NCBI GenBank assembly: GCA_964470405.1
Contig: CAYYCV010000006.1
Location: forward strand, 1 to 58,192
From: an uncultured Bacillales bacterium
GTDB taxonomy: Bacteria; Bacillota; Bacilli; Paenibacillales; CAYYCV01
Reading direction: 5' to 3'
DNA: 58,192 bases
Of the stretch, positions 23,031 through 33,650 are shown in pieces; the stretch's first letter is position 1; each line of letters opens with the position of its first letter. The translations under genes were made by a program, and so were the position numbers. The notes beneath the pieces are model-generated. The model ran no database searches, had not been told where the DNA came from, and saw nothing but the letters and a program-made list of their open reading frames with translations.

Positions 23031-24989
23031 ATGCCGAAATTTCTTATGAACCGATGGCACGGATTGCACATTATATGGGGCTTTATTCTCATGCTCGCCC
23101 TCGTGATTGCATTGTCCGCCTTTGTTTGGCAAATCGGCGTCGTTGCGCTGTTGCTGTGCGGAATCGTGATTTATTACACTTTGGTGGCCGAACGGGCTTT
23201 TCGCAGGGATTTCAACAATTATGTCGCCACGCTGACTCATCGGGTGAAGCGCTCCGGGAGCGAGGTGATCAACGAACTGCCGATCGGGATTCTGTTGTAT
23301 AATGAGGAAAGGACTATAGAATGGCACAACCCTTTTGTGGCGCGAATGGTGGATCGGGAATTGCTGCTGGGGGTCAATCTGTCGGAAGTGTTTCCGATGT
23401 TGAAGAACATGAAGGCCACGGAAACGAAAATCGTGGTGGGGCATCGGCAATACGAGGTGTTGATCAAACCGGATGAGCGGTTGCTGTATTTTACGGATGT
23501 AACGGAGTACTCGGAACTGCTTAGAAAGTATCAGGAAGAAAAACCGGCCGTGGGCATTATATTGCTGGATAATCTGGAAGAGGCCACGCAGGGCATGGAC
23601 GATCAGAAACGCAGCATGATGCTGGCGAAGGTGGTCACTTTGATCACGGAATGGGCCCATGCCAATCAAATCTTTTTGCGCCGGATCGCTTCCGATAAAT
23701 TCATGATTATTATGGACCAACTGGCCTTGCGAAAATTGGAGCAGGATCGTTTCGAGGTGCTGGACGACGCGAGGGAGCTGACGTCGGAGTACAAGCTTTC
23801 CATCACGTTAAGCATCGGGATCGCCTCCGGCATCGACAGCTTGATTGAGCTCGGCAACCTGGCGCAATCCAGCCTGGATATCGCGCTCGGCCGCGGCGGG
23901 GATCAGGCGGCGGTGAAGGTGAAGGAGCGGCTTTCCTTCTACGGCGGCAAATCGAACGCGGTGGAGAAAAGGACGCGCGTGCGCGCCAGGGTGATTTCCC
24001 ATGCGTTGAGGGATTTGATCGGGGAAAGCGACAATGTGGTGATTTTCGGACACCGCAATCCGGATATGGATGCGATCGGAGCGGCCATCGGCGTGCTGAA
24101 GGCGGCCCAGGTCGGCAACAAGGTGGGCTACATCGTTCTGGAGGGCGTTAATCCTTCGATTCATAAATTGATGAAGGAGATCAAGGAGAACGAGAACATC
24201 AACAAGTGGTTCGTCAGCCCGGAGCAGGCGCTGCAATTGACGACCGAGCGGACGCTGGTGGTGGTGGTGGACACGCATAAAGCCTCGATGGTCGCCGAGC
24301 CGAAGCTGCTGCAGCAAAGCCATCGGATTGTGGTGGTCGATCACCATCGGCGAAGCGAGGAGTTCATCAACGAGGCCGTTCTGGTCTACATGGAGCCGTA
24401 CGCTTCCTCGACCTGCGAGCTGGTGACGGAGCTGCTGCAATATTTCAACGACCGCATGACGATGGATGTGCTGGAAGCGACCGCGTTGTTGGCCGGCATT
24501 GTGGTGGATACGAAAAGCTTCGCCCTGCGCACGGGGGCAAGAACCTTTGAAGCGGCGTCTTTCTTAAGGCGGAGCGGCGCCGATGCGGCGCTGATTCAGC
24601 GCATGTTGAAGGAAGATCTGGACGAATACATGGAAAAAGCGGAAATTATCAAGCACGCGAAGCTGTATTACGATCATATCGCCATCGCGATTTCCGAATC
24701 GGGGCATAAGTATTCGCAGTTGTTGATCGCGCAGGTGGCGGACACGTTGCTGAATATGACCAATGTGATGGCTTCGTTCGTGATCAGCGAGCGCCAGGAC
24801 GGGCTGATCGGGATCAGCGCCCGTTCGCTCGGGCAGATCAATGTCCAGGTGGTCATGGAACGGCTGGGCGGCGGCGGGCATTTGACTAACGCGGCGGTGC
24901 AGTTGGAAGGGACGACGTTGAAAAAAGCGGAAAACAAGTTGAAGAAAGTGCTGGAGGAAATGCACGCGGAAGAGGGGTTGTTTTTATGA
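23031..24989 (+). CDS. gdpP: Cyclic-di-AMP phosphodiesterase GdpP (YybT)
   Basis: Two N-terminal TM helices, PAS-like and degenerate GGDEF regions, and a DHH/DHHA1 domain ([17 protein letters not shown]). The ATG at 23031 follows GGGAGCGG. Confidence 0.93.
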   Translation: MPKFLMNRWHGLHIIWGFILMLALVIALSAFVWQIGVVALLLCGIVIYYTLVAERAFRRDFNNYVATLTHRVKRSGSEVINELPIGILLYNEERTIEWHNPFVARMVDRELLLGVNLSEVFPMLKNMKATETKIVVGHRQYEVLIKPDERLLYFTDVTEYSELLRKYQEEKPAVGIILLDNLEEATQGMDDQKRSMMLAKVVTLITEWAHANQIFLRRIASDKFMIIMDQLALRKLEQDRFEVLDDARELTSEYKLSITLSIGIASGIDSLIELGNLAQSSLDIALGRGGDQAAVKVKERLSFYGGKSNAVEKRTRVRARVISHALRDLIGESDNVVIFGHRNPDMDAIGAAIGVLKAAQVGNKVGYIVLEGVNPSIHKLMKEIKENENINKWFVSPEQALQLTTERTLVVVVDTHKASMVAEPKLLQQSHRIVVVDHHRRSEEFINEAVLVYMEPYASSTCELVTELLQYFNDRMTMDVLEATALLAGIVVDTKSFALRTGARTFEAASFLRRSGADAALIQRMLKEDLDEYMEKAEIIKHAKLYYDHIAIAISESGHKYSQLLIAQVADTLLNMTNVMASFVISERQDGLIGISARSLGQINVQVVMERLGGGGHLTNAAVQLEGTTLKKAENKLKKVLEEMHAEEGLFL

Positions 24990-25429
24990 AAGTGATCTTT
25001 TTGAAAGATGTGAAAGGGCAAGGGAAAAAAGGGGAAATCAAAAATGTTTCCGAAGGATACGGACGCAATTTTTTGATTCCCCAAGGACTGGCCAAACCCG
25101 CGTCGGATTCCAATGTCAAGCAATTGGAGCATGAAAAATCCGTCGAGCAGCATAAGAAGGACAGGGAAAAGGAACAATGCGAGGCGTTGGCCCAAAAGCT
25201 TGCGGCCATGACGATCGAGATCAAGACGAAGGCCGGGGAAGGCGGAAAGCTCTTCGGATCGATCACCGGCAAGCAGATTGCCGATGAGCTGGCATCCCGA
25301 AAAATCAAAATCGACAAAAGGAAAATCGGTTTGGATGAGCCGATTCGCAGCCTGGGCGTCACGGAGGTTCCGATCAAGCTGCATCCGCAGGTGAAGGCGA
25401 TGTTGAAGGTGCACGTGATCGGGGAGTAA
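24986..25429 (+). CDS. rplI: 50S ribosomal protein L9
   Basis: 147 aa ([30 protein letters not shown]). Confidence 0.97.
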   Translation: MKVIFLKDVKGQGKKGEIKNVSEGYGRNFLIPQGLAKPASDSNVKQLEHEKSVEQHKKDREKEQCEALAQKLAAMTIEIKTKAGEGGKLFGSITGKQIADELASRKIKIDKRKIGLDEPIRSLGVTEVPIKLHPQVKAMLKVHVIGE

Positions 25430-25461
25430 ACGGTTGTTGCATGTAAAGGAGCGGGCGAATC

Positions 25462-26826
25462 ATGAACGGCGATATATTGATGGACCGCGTTCCGCCGCAG
25501 AATGTGGAAGCGGAGCAGGCGGTGCTGGGAGCCATATTGCTGGACGGTGAAGCGTTGACCGTCGTGATGGAGCGGATTACTTCCGACGATTTTTATCGCA
25601 GCGCGCATCAGCGGATCTTTGAGGCGATGGTCGATTTGTCGGAAGAGAACGAACCCGTCGATCTGATTACGCTTACGGCGTCGTTGCAGACCCGGCAGCA
25701 GTTGGAGGAGGTCGGAGGGGTCAGTTACCTTTCGGAATTGGCCAAGGCGGTGCCGACGTCGGCCAATGTCGATTACTACGCGCAGATCGTGGAGGAAAAA
25801 TCGATGCTGCGCCGTTTGATCCGCGCCGCGTCAGAGATCGTCAGCAACGGATTTGCCAGCGCGGAGGATGTCGGCGACATCATCGATCAGGCCGAACAGC
25901 GGATTATGGAAATTTCCAACCGTCGTTCGGGCAACGGGTTTATCTCGATCCGCGACGTGCTGATGGAAGTGTTCGAACGGGTGGAGTTTCTGCATCAGCA
26001 TAAAGGCGGAACCACCGGTATCCCGTCAGGTTTCCCGGCCCTCGATAAAATGACGTCGGGCTTCCAGAAGTCCGACCTGATCATCGTGGCCGCCCGCCCT
26101 TCCGTCGGGAAGACGGCGTTTGCCCTGAACATCGCGCAGAATGTCGGGGTGCGGGGCAAGGAAACGGTGGCGATCTTCAGCCTGGAAATGGCGGCGTCCC
26201 AGCTCGTTCAGCGGATCATCTGCGCGGAGGCGAACGTGGATGCGGGCCGCATGCGCACCGGATTCCTGGAGCCCGACGATTGGGAGAAGCTGACGATGGC
26301 GATCAGCACGCTGTCGGAGGCCAACATCTACATCGATGATTCGCCGACGATTACCGTTTCCTCCATTCGCACCAAATGCCGCAGGTTGAAGAAGGAAAAA
26401 GGTTTGAGCATGATCCTGATCGATTATTTGCAGTTGGTTCATTCCCGCGCCCGGAACTCGGAAAACCGGCAGCAGGAAGTGTCGGAAATCTCCCGCACGC
26501 TCAAGGCGATCGCCCGGGAGCTGGAGGTGCCGGTTATCGCGCTGTCGCAGTTGAGCCGCGGCGTGGAGCAGCGGCAGGACAAACGGCCGTTGATGTCCGA
26601 CCTGAGGGAGTCGGGATCGATTGAGCAGGACGCGGATATCGTTGCTTTTCTATATCGGGATGACTATTATAATCAGGATTCGGAGAAGAAGAACATTATC
26701 GAAATTATTATCGCCAAGCAAAGAAACGGCCCGGTGGGGACCGTAGAACTGGTGTTTTTGAAAAATTACAACAAGTTCGTCAATCTGGATCGGACTCACT
26801 CGGAGCCCGCCGCCGCAAGCCAATAA
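25462..26826 (+). CDS. dnaB: Replicative DNA helicase (DnaB family; DnaC in B. subtilis nomenclature)
   Basis: 454 aa. N-terminal PPQNVEAEQAVLGAILLD and Walker A ARPSVGKTAFALN. Confidence 0.97.
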   Translation: MNGDILMDRVPPQNVEAEQAVLGAILLDGEALTVVMERITSDDFYRSAHQRIFEAMVDLSEENEPVDLITLTASLQTRQQLEEVGGVSYLSELAKAVPTSANVDYYAQIVEEKSMLRRLIRAASEIVSNGFASAEDVGDIIDQAEQRIMEISNRRSGNGFISIRDVLMEVFERVEFLHQHKGGTTGIPSGFPALDKMTSGFQKSDLIIVAARPSVGKTAFALNIAQNVGVRGKETVAIFSLEMAASQLVQRIICAEANVDAGRMRTGFLEPDDWEKLTMAISTLSEANIYIDDSPTITVSSIRTKCRRLKKEKGLSMILIDYLQLVHSRARNSENRQQEVSEISRTLKAIARELEVPVIALSQLSRGVEQRQDKRPLMSDLRESGSIEQDADIVAFLYRDDYYNQDSEKKNIIEIIIAKQRNGPVGTVELVFLKNYNKFVNLDRTHSEPAAASQ

Positions 26827-26951
26827 GCGGAAGAGAGAGGTTCGGCCGCGGTCGACCAAGCAGCCAGGCGGAAGAAAGGGAAGCGGGCTGCGGCGGGTTG
26901 AGTGGGAGAGTTGGTTCGCGACGGGCTGAGTGGAAGAAAATTCGATCAAAT

Positions 26952-26987
26952 CCCGAACAATCTTGTTATAATTGACGGAATTGTTCG
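26952..26987. promoter_or_regulatory. Inverted PurBox pair (candidate PurR operator) upstream of purA
   Basis: CCCGAACAAT and ATTGTTCG lie in inverted orientation, separated by about 18 nt, just upstream of the putative purA promoter. Confidence 0.6.
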
Positions 26988-26994
26988 TTTTTTA

Positions 26995-27023
26995 TTGACT
27001 TTACTGTGTTTGCTTGCTACACT
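26995..27023 (+). promoter_or_regulatory. Putative sigma-A promoter of purA
   Basis: TTGACT, 17 nt, TACACT. Confidence 0.5.
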
Positions 27024-27093
27024 AATTCTGCCGCCGTTCGTATAATACGGCATGATCCAGGTGTGACAAACACCCGATAGGGGGATGAGATGA

Positions 27094-28380
<1,287 letters not shown>

Positions 28381-28387
28381 CCGTACG

Positions 28388-28426
28388 TTGTGAGTAGCGG
28401 GTGTGAGTAGCGGGTGTAAGGAGTGG
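28388..28426. repeat. 13-bp G/T-rich tandem repeat x3 starting 8 nt after the purA stop
   Basis: GTTGTGAGTAGCGG, GTGTGAGTAGCGG and GTGTAAGGAGTGG. Confidence 0.85.
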
Positions 28427-28546
28427 AGATCGGGACGGGAGCGGGGATCGAGCGGAGCCGGGCGCTTGGCCGAAGTTTTGTTTGAAAAGATAGGAACGCT
28501 TCCGTGGAAATGTTGCCGGTTGGGGTTGGAGGGCCCGCTGTTGTAG

Positions 28547-28732
28547 AATTACTGCAAAAGTACATCTATTGTCCCCGATTGGTGTTCAACGGGCCAAATA
28601 CCTGCAAAAGTACATGTATTTTGCGCTTACTTCCTGATTAGGGCGAAATGTGGTTGGAATACCTGCACAAATGCAGGTATTCCTTCTGAAGGCCTGGTTT
28701 GCTTGCAAAAAAGCTGCACTTTTGCAGTTATT
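28547..28732. repeat. Composite four-hairpin palindromic element, copy A (186 bp)
   Basis: Modules at 28547-28570, 28596-28622, 28656-28683 and 28711-28732. The third is a perfect 12-bp stem, GGAATACCTGCA-CAAA-TGCAGGTATTCC. The end modules are inverted relative to each other (18/21). Confidence 0.9.
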
Positions 28733-29004
28733 GCCTTGTGGCGGGTGCTAGTCGTAGTTGAGCCGTCGAGCCGAGTGCGCCCCCACCCCCGGCACGGCAG
28801 TCAGCGGGCGGACCGCATCTGCCTTTGGAAAGGAATCTTCGATGACCGGATTCGCTGCGATTTTCCCGCATTTCAATCGGCGGCTCGTTCTAAAGCTAAG
28901 CCCCGCTGACTCCCACGAATAATTCGAGAAAATGATGAAGATGTTATGCAGGGAAACACGCCTGCGTTATGGAACAATAAATATAAACTTTCGATGATAT
29001 AGAG

Positions 29005-29934
29005 GTGTGCGTCTTGGGCGATATCAAGCTTTTTAAATGGAACGACGGCGGAGTGACCGAACTGGAGGGCAGGTCGGTCGCGGTCGAAAAAACGCTTCAA
29101 ACATTGATGGAGCGGCACTTGGAAGCGATGCTGGGCATCCGCTTTTTGGCGACCGAATACGCGACCGGCAAAACGCACAGCGGGCGGATTGATACGCTGG
29201 GCATCGATGAGAACCATGCGCCGGTCATTATTGAATACAAAAGGTCCACCAATGAAAATGTCATAAACCAGGGACTGTATTACCTCGATTGGCTGCTCGA
29301 TCACAAAGCGGAATTCACCTTGCTTGCGATGAAAAAATACGGCCATGACGTGGCCGAAACGATCGATTGGTCATCTCCGCGTTTGTTATGCATTGCGGGG
29401 GGATTCACGAAGTACGATGAGCATGCGGTGCAACAAATCAATCGAAACATTGAGCTGTACAGCTATAAACGGTTTGGGGACGAGCTGCTTTTGCTCGATC
29501 TGGTCAATGCCGCGGTTGCCCGGAACGTGGAAGCGGATGAGGTGAAACGCCCTTCGGGTTCAAACAACAGGTCCGCTGAAAAAACGGTGACGGAATATTT
29601 GCAACAATCCGATGCCGGGTTGAAGGATCGGTTTGAGTCCATAAGCGCTTTTTTGTTGGCTTTGGGCGACGACGTACAGGAAAAGACTTTGAAGCAATAC
29701 ATCGCTTTTAGAAGAATTAAAAATTTCGCGTGCATCGAGATACATCCGCAATTGGGGCGAATCACGGCGTTTGTAAAAATAAATCCCGACACCATAGAGA
29801 TGGAGCCGGGTTTTACAAGGGATGTCAGAAAAATCGGGCACTTCGGAACCGGCGATTTGGAAATCACCATCGCAAGCGACGAACAGTTCGAGAAGGCCAA
29901 ACCGCTCTTCGTAAAGAGCTATGAGGCGAGCTAG
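29005..29934 (+). CDS. NucS/DUF91-like PD-(D/E)xK nuclease domain fused to a DUF5655-like C-terminal domain
   Basis: GRIDTLGIDENHAPVIIEYKR...NQGLYYLDWL fits the D...E-x-K nuclease motif of NucS-like proteins. The C-terminal half resembles DUF5655. The start may instead be the TTG at 29014. Confidence 0.65.
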   Translation: MCVLGDIKLFKWNDGGVTELEGRSVAVEKTLQTLMERHLEAMLGIRFLATEYATGKTHSGRIDTLGIDENHAPVIIEYKRSTNENVINQGLYYLDWLLDHKAEFTLLAMKKYGHDVAETIDWSSPRLLCIAGGFTKYDEHAVQQINRNIELYSYKRFGDELLLLDLVNAAVARNVEADEVKRPSGSNNRSAEKTVTEYLQQSDAGLKDRFESISAFLLALGDDVQEKTLKQYIAFRRIKNFACIEIHPQLGRITAFVKINPDTIEMEPGFTRDVRKIGHFGTGDLEITIASDEQFEKAKPLFVKSYEAS

Positions 29935-30059
29935 GAGCCGGCTGGGAGCCGGGCATCAACAACTTGGATGAATCCGATGGCTTCCAGAGCGGCTTTGCGC
30001 ACGAATCCCCATTTTCGCCCAGTTGCTCCCGGCCCCTTGCTCTCCCGCGGTTTAACCGC

Positions 30060-31475
30060 TCAAGGATGAATAGTCAGCCCCACAAGCGGCCAATATAGGA
30101 ATGCGGCAAGAAGCGTGATCGCGGTCATGAGTACCGTCAAGATGGTGCCCGACAGGAAATAGTCTTTCCCGTTGTAGTGGCCGAAGCCGAACGTCGACAT
30201 GCTCCCGGCCGACTGGCTGGGCACAAAGTAGCCGTTGCTGCAGGCGACCAGGCAGACCATGCCCAGCCACACCGGATTAAACGAGCTGGCCGTGGCAAAG
30301 GTCAGCGCAATCGGCATGAGCGAAGCCACCATGGCTGAATTATTGGTAAAGCCGATGCGAATGAGAATGAAGATAATCATCATCGAAAGCGCTAAAGCGA
30401 ATGCCGAAAAATGATTGAAATGATTTCCCGCCATGTCGGACATAACGTCAATCACTCCGTTTTTCTGCAACCCGTCGGCCAGGGCGAATCCGGCGGCGAA
30501 CAACAGCGTGATGCCCCAGTCCACTTTCCGGCCGGTTTCCTTCCATTTCAGCAATCGAAAGCCGGGCAGAAACATCAAACAAACCACGGCCAAGGCCGGA
30601 ACCGCGATCGGAAGGCCGTGCCACTGCCCGCCGATCCATAGGAAAGCCAGGAGCAAGCAGAGAAACACCAGCTTTTTCTCCGATAAACTGATCGGCCCCA
30701 GCTTGCCGTATTCCGCGCGAAAAAAGCTCAAGCTTTCCAGTACAGGCTGCTTCGCGACCGGATACATCCAAAGCAAAATCAGCCAGAATACCCCGATGGA
30801 CAGCAAGACGATGGGCATCATCAGCACCATCCAGTACAGGTAATCCCAATGATAGCCGAGCATGGACCGGAACAGACCGACGGCGTATATCGAGCCCCCG
30901 GCCCCGGTCATTAAGCTGACGGCGCCGGCATAAGGCACGAAGGTGATGATGAGGAACACCAGCTTGGGGAAATGGGGGCCACCCCGCCCGCCGACCGCGG
31001 CCACAATGCCGACCGCGATCGGCAGCAGCAAAGTAATTCGGCCGATCGCGTTGGATATGAAGAACGTCAGCATAAAAGCGAGGGCCGTCAGCAGCAGCAG
31101 CATCCATCGCAAACGCCCGCCGGATGCGATCATTAAACGGTAGGCGATCCTGCGGTCCAACCCGTATTTTTCAAACGCCGCGCCGACAATCAACATGGAG
31201 AGAATCAGCCATATCTCCTCTTTCCCCAGGGCCGCCGCCGCCTGCTCAAACGGTAAAATTCCCGTGATCGCAAGCAAGGCCATCACAATTAAGCTGGTGA
31301 CCGGCGTTGGAACGATCGAGGTCAACCATAAGACGATCGCCAACAATAAAAGCCCCAGGGAACGCCAACCGGAAGCGCTCAGCACTTCCGGCAAGGGCAA
31401 AACGAGGGTGCCGATGAAAACGAGAATGACGCCCGCCACTGCCACCGTTGCGGTATTCCACCCAGATGTCTTCAT
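30060..31475 (-). CDS. DASS/SLC13-family anion (di/tricarboxylate) transporter
   Basis: 471 aa polytopic permease with a DASS-like N-terminal region. It is the last gene of the long minus-strand operon. Confidence 0.75.
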   Translation of the reverse strand: MKTSGWNTATVAVAGVILVFIGTLVLPLPEVLSASGWRSLGLLLLAIVLWLTSIVPTPVTSLIVMALLAITGILPFEQAAAALGKEEIWLILSMLIVGAAFEKYGLDRRIAYRLMIASGGRLRWMLLLLTALAFMLTFFISNAIGRITLLLPIAVGIVAAVGGRGGPHFPKLVFLIITFVPYAGAVSLMTGAGGSIYAVGLFRSMLGYHWDYLYWMVLMMPIVLLSIGVFWLILLWMYPVAKQPVLESLSFFRAEYGKLGPISLSEKKLVFLCLLLAFLWIGGQWHGLPIAVPALAVVCLMFLPGFRLLKWKETGRKVDWGITLLFAAGFALADGLQKNGVIDVMSDMAGNHFNHFSAFALALSMMIIFILIRIGFTNNSAMVASLMPIALTFATASSFNPVWLGMVCLVACSNGYFVPSQSAGSMSTFGFGHYNGKDYFLSGTILTVLMTAITLLAAFLYWPLVGLTIHP

Positions 31476-31481
31476 CGACGT

Positions 31482-32927
31482 CTAGTTCGGTCGGCAAAGC
31501 GGAAGGATGTCGTTGACCAGCGAACGCGTCTCAAACGCATACATGTACTTCGTCAAGGTATCGACTTGCGCGTTTCCGATCATGGGCGCGGCAAGCCGGG
31601 TGAATTTACGGATCAAATCCTCGTTCTTCATCGGGTTTTCGATGCTTCCCGTGGCGTGCTCGATCATCACCTCGTGTTGCGACCCGTCTTTTTTGGTTAA
31701 TACCGCTTTGGCCATTTCCTCTTTCATCGTCGGATCGATCTCGGTTTTGATTTTGCTGCGGAATGCGACAACCTCGGGGGACAGCACCTTCTCATCTTCA
31801 TATTGCGCTTGTCCCGCATCCCCTTCCATGAACGCGATCGAGGCCGTATGATAGATGCTGAATTTCCCTTCCAGGCCCGTTTGCGGGTTGATCTTGCTCG
31901 TCAGCTCCAGCACGTAGGGATTCGTAATGATGTGAATTTCATCCACCTCCGCCGGAGAAGCGAATTCCCTCAGGGCGATGCAAGCGTCGATGGAAGGATG
32001 GAGGACAATGCCGCAGGCGTATGGCTTGAATGCGTTCTTCAATATTTCCCAGTTGGAGCCCCAATTCACATTGACCTGCGAAAGATCGCTTTCGGGCGAA
32101 AGCACGTGAGCGAATCCCCGTTTCGCCTCCAGCACTTGCTTGGAGCTGGTGAAGCCCCGCTTGGCCAGCAGCGCCGCCAGCAAGCCGTTCTGGGCCGCCT
32201 TCCCGGGGTGAAAGGGCTTGGTCATCGTGCCGAACATCTCCCTCAGGCCGAAAGCCTGCGTCCCGGCGATGCCGAGCGCGTACAGCATTTCCTCCTCGCT
32301 CGATTGAAGCAGCAGGCAGGCGGCAATGGCCGCTCCGAATACGCCCGTTGTGCTCGTCACATGCCAGCCGATATCGTAATGGCTGGGGCGGATCGCGTTG
32401 CTGATGCGCAATTCGGCCTCTACCCCCAGAATGAATGCGTGCAGCAGTTCGCTGCCGCTAAAGCCATAATGTTCCCCCAGTGCAAATACGACGGGGGCAA
32501 CCGGCCCGCTGGGGTGGTGGATCGTATCCAGGTGCGTATCGTCGTAGTCGAAAATATGGGACGACATGCCGTTTACCAACACGGCATGCAATAAATCGAG
32601 CTTCTCCGTTCTTCCGAGAATGGATACCTGCGCCGAGGAATCCATGGCCCGGGCGACCTCCAACACCATATCGACCGAATCGTGCCGGGCCGCGCCGATG
32701 GTCACGCCCAGCCAATTGTACAAGCTTCGCACACCGTGATCTTTGACATCTTGGGGGATGCTGTCCCAGCGGGTTCGCAATACGTTCCGAACCAGCAATG
32801 GGGTCACTTCCGTATTTGCAACCGGGGAAGCAGCCGATGTCCCGGAAACGCCTGTTGTATACATATTGTGATTTTGCAAAATTGATCCCTCCGCGACCAT
32901 AACATAGATATATTCGTATATTGGCAA
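31482..32927 (-). CDS. MmgE/PrpD family protein
   Basis: VNGMSSHIFDYDDTHLDTIHHPSGPV is the characteristic MmgE/PrpD motif. The start is uncertain, with an alternative ATG at 32864. Confidence 0.85.
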   Translation of the reverse strand: MPIYEYIYVMVAEGSILQNHNMYTTGVSGTSAASPVANTEVTPLLVRNVLRTRWDSIPQDVKDHGVRSLYNWLGVTIGAARHDSVDMVLEVARAMDSSAQVSILGRTEKLDLLHAVLVNGMSSHIFDYDDTHLDTIHHPSGPVAPVVFALGEHYGFSGSELLHAFILGVEAELRISNAIRPSHYDIGWHVTSTTGVFGAAIAACLLLQSSEEEMLYALGIAGTQAFGLREMFGTMTKPFHPGKAAQNGLLAALLAKRGFTSSKQVLEAKRGFAHVLSPESDLSQVNVNWGSNWEILKNAFKPYACGIVLHPSIDACIALREFASPAEVDEIHIITNPYVLELTSKINPQTGLEGKFSIYHTASIAFMEGDAGQAQYEDEKVLSPEVVAFRSKIKTEIDPTMKEEMAKAVLTKKDGSQHEVMIEHATGSIENPMKNEDLIRKFTRLAAPMIGNAQVDTLTKYMYAFETRSLVNDILPLCRPN

Positions 32928-32958
32928 AAAGTCTGAAAATGGATCCTGCCGAAAAGTC

Positions 32959-33624
32959 CTATCCGTTCATAGCGTTATGATCCGCCAACTGCTTGAGCGC
33001 ATTTTTGTAGGCGTTTCTGACGTGAAATTGGGCCGTCGATTCCGCGAGATTTCCGTCGCCTATTTCAATGGCATTCAGGATCATTCGATGCTCGCGCAAA
33101 TTCTGCTCGGGGCGGCCGGATTGGGAAAGCGAAGTGGACATTAAAAGGCCGATGTGAGTTTGCAAGGTTTGCATCATCGTCTGGAGATAGAAATTTTGCG
33201 AGCCTTGGGCAATCTCCATATGAAATTGGGCGTTCACCTTGGACAGATGATGAATGTCCCCCAATGAGGCAAACCTTTCCGCGTCATCCAGCAGCTTTCC
33301 CAGGTGTTCAATCGCGTGCCGGTTTCCTTTGATCGCCATCAGTCGAGCCCCCAGCCCCTCCAATACTTCCCTGATATCGTACAATTGCTCGATTTGCTCC
33401 GTGGAGATGCTGGTGACGGTGCACCCTTTATGCGGTGCGGAAGTGACAAGCCCCAGGATTTCCAATTGGCGGAAAGCCTCCCGGATGGGGGTTCGACTGA
33501 CCCCGAGTTTGGCTGAAATGGCCCGCTCCGAAAGCGTCTGGCCGGTGTGAATTTCTCCCTGCTGAATGGCGTGAAATAAATACTCGACAACTTGATCCCG
33601 TTTAATGTCCTTTTCTTCCGACAT
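32959..33624 (-). CDS. GntR family transcriptional regulator (FadR/FCD subfamily)
   Basis: 221 aa. N-terminal wHTH (LSERAISAKLGVSRTPIREAFRQLE) and a C-terminal all-helical FCD-like domain. Confidence 0.9.
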   Translation of the reverse strand: MSEEKDIKRDQVVEYLFHAIQQGEIHTGQTLSERAISAKLGVSRTPIREAFRQLEILGLVTSAPHKGCTVTSISTEQIEQLYDIREVLEGLGARLMAIKGNRHAIEHLGKLLDDAERFASLGDIHHLSKVNAQFHMEIAQGSQNFYLQTMMQTLQTHIGLLMSTSLSQSGRPEQNLREHRMILNAIEIGDGNLAESTAQFHVRNAYKNALKQLADHNAMNG

Positions 33625-33650
33625 TCCAATCCCACCCTAAATCAAAATAT

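Noticed and set aside
28547-28732. Possible CRISPR array formed by the repeated ACCTGCAAAAGTGCAGGT units (also at 50434-50624 and 54671-54855)
   Set aside because: Each locus has only four units. The units flip orientation within a block, spacing is irregular (47-62 bp), the blocks are themselves palindromic, spacer segments are partly homologous between loci, and there are no cas genes.
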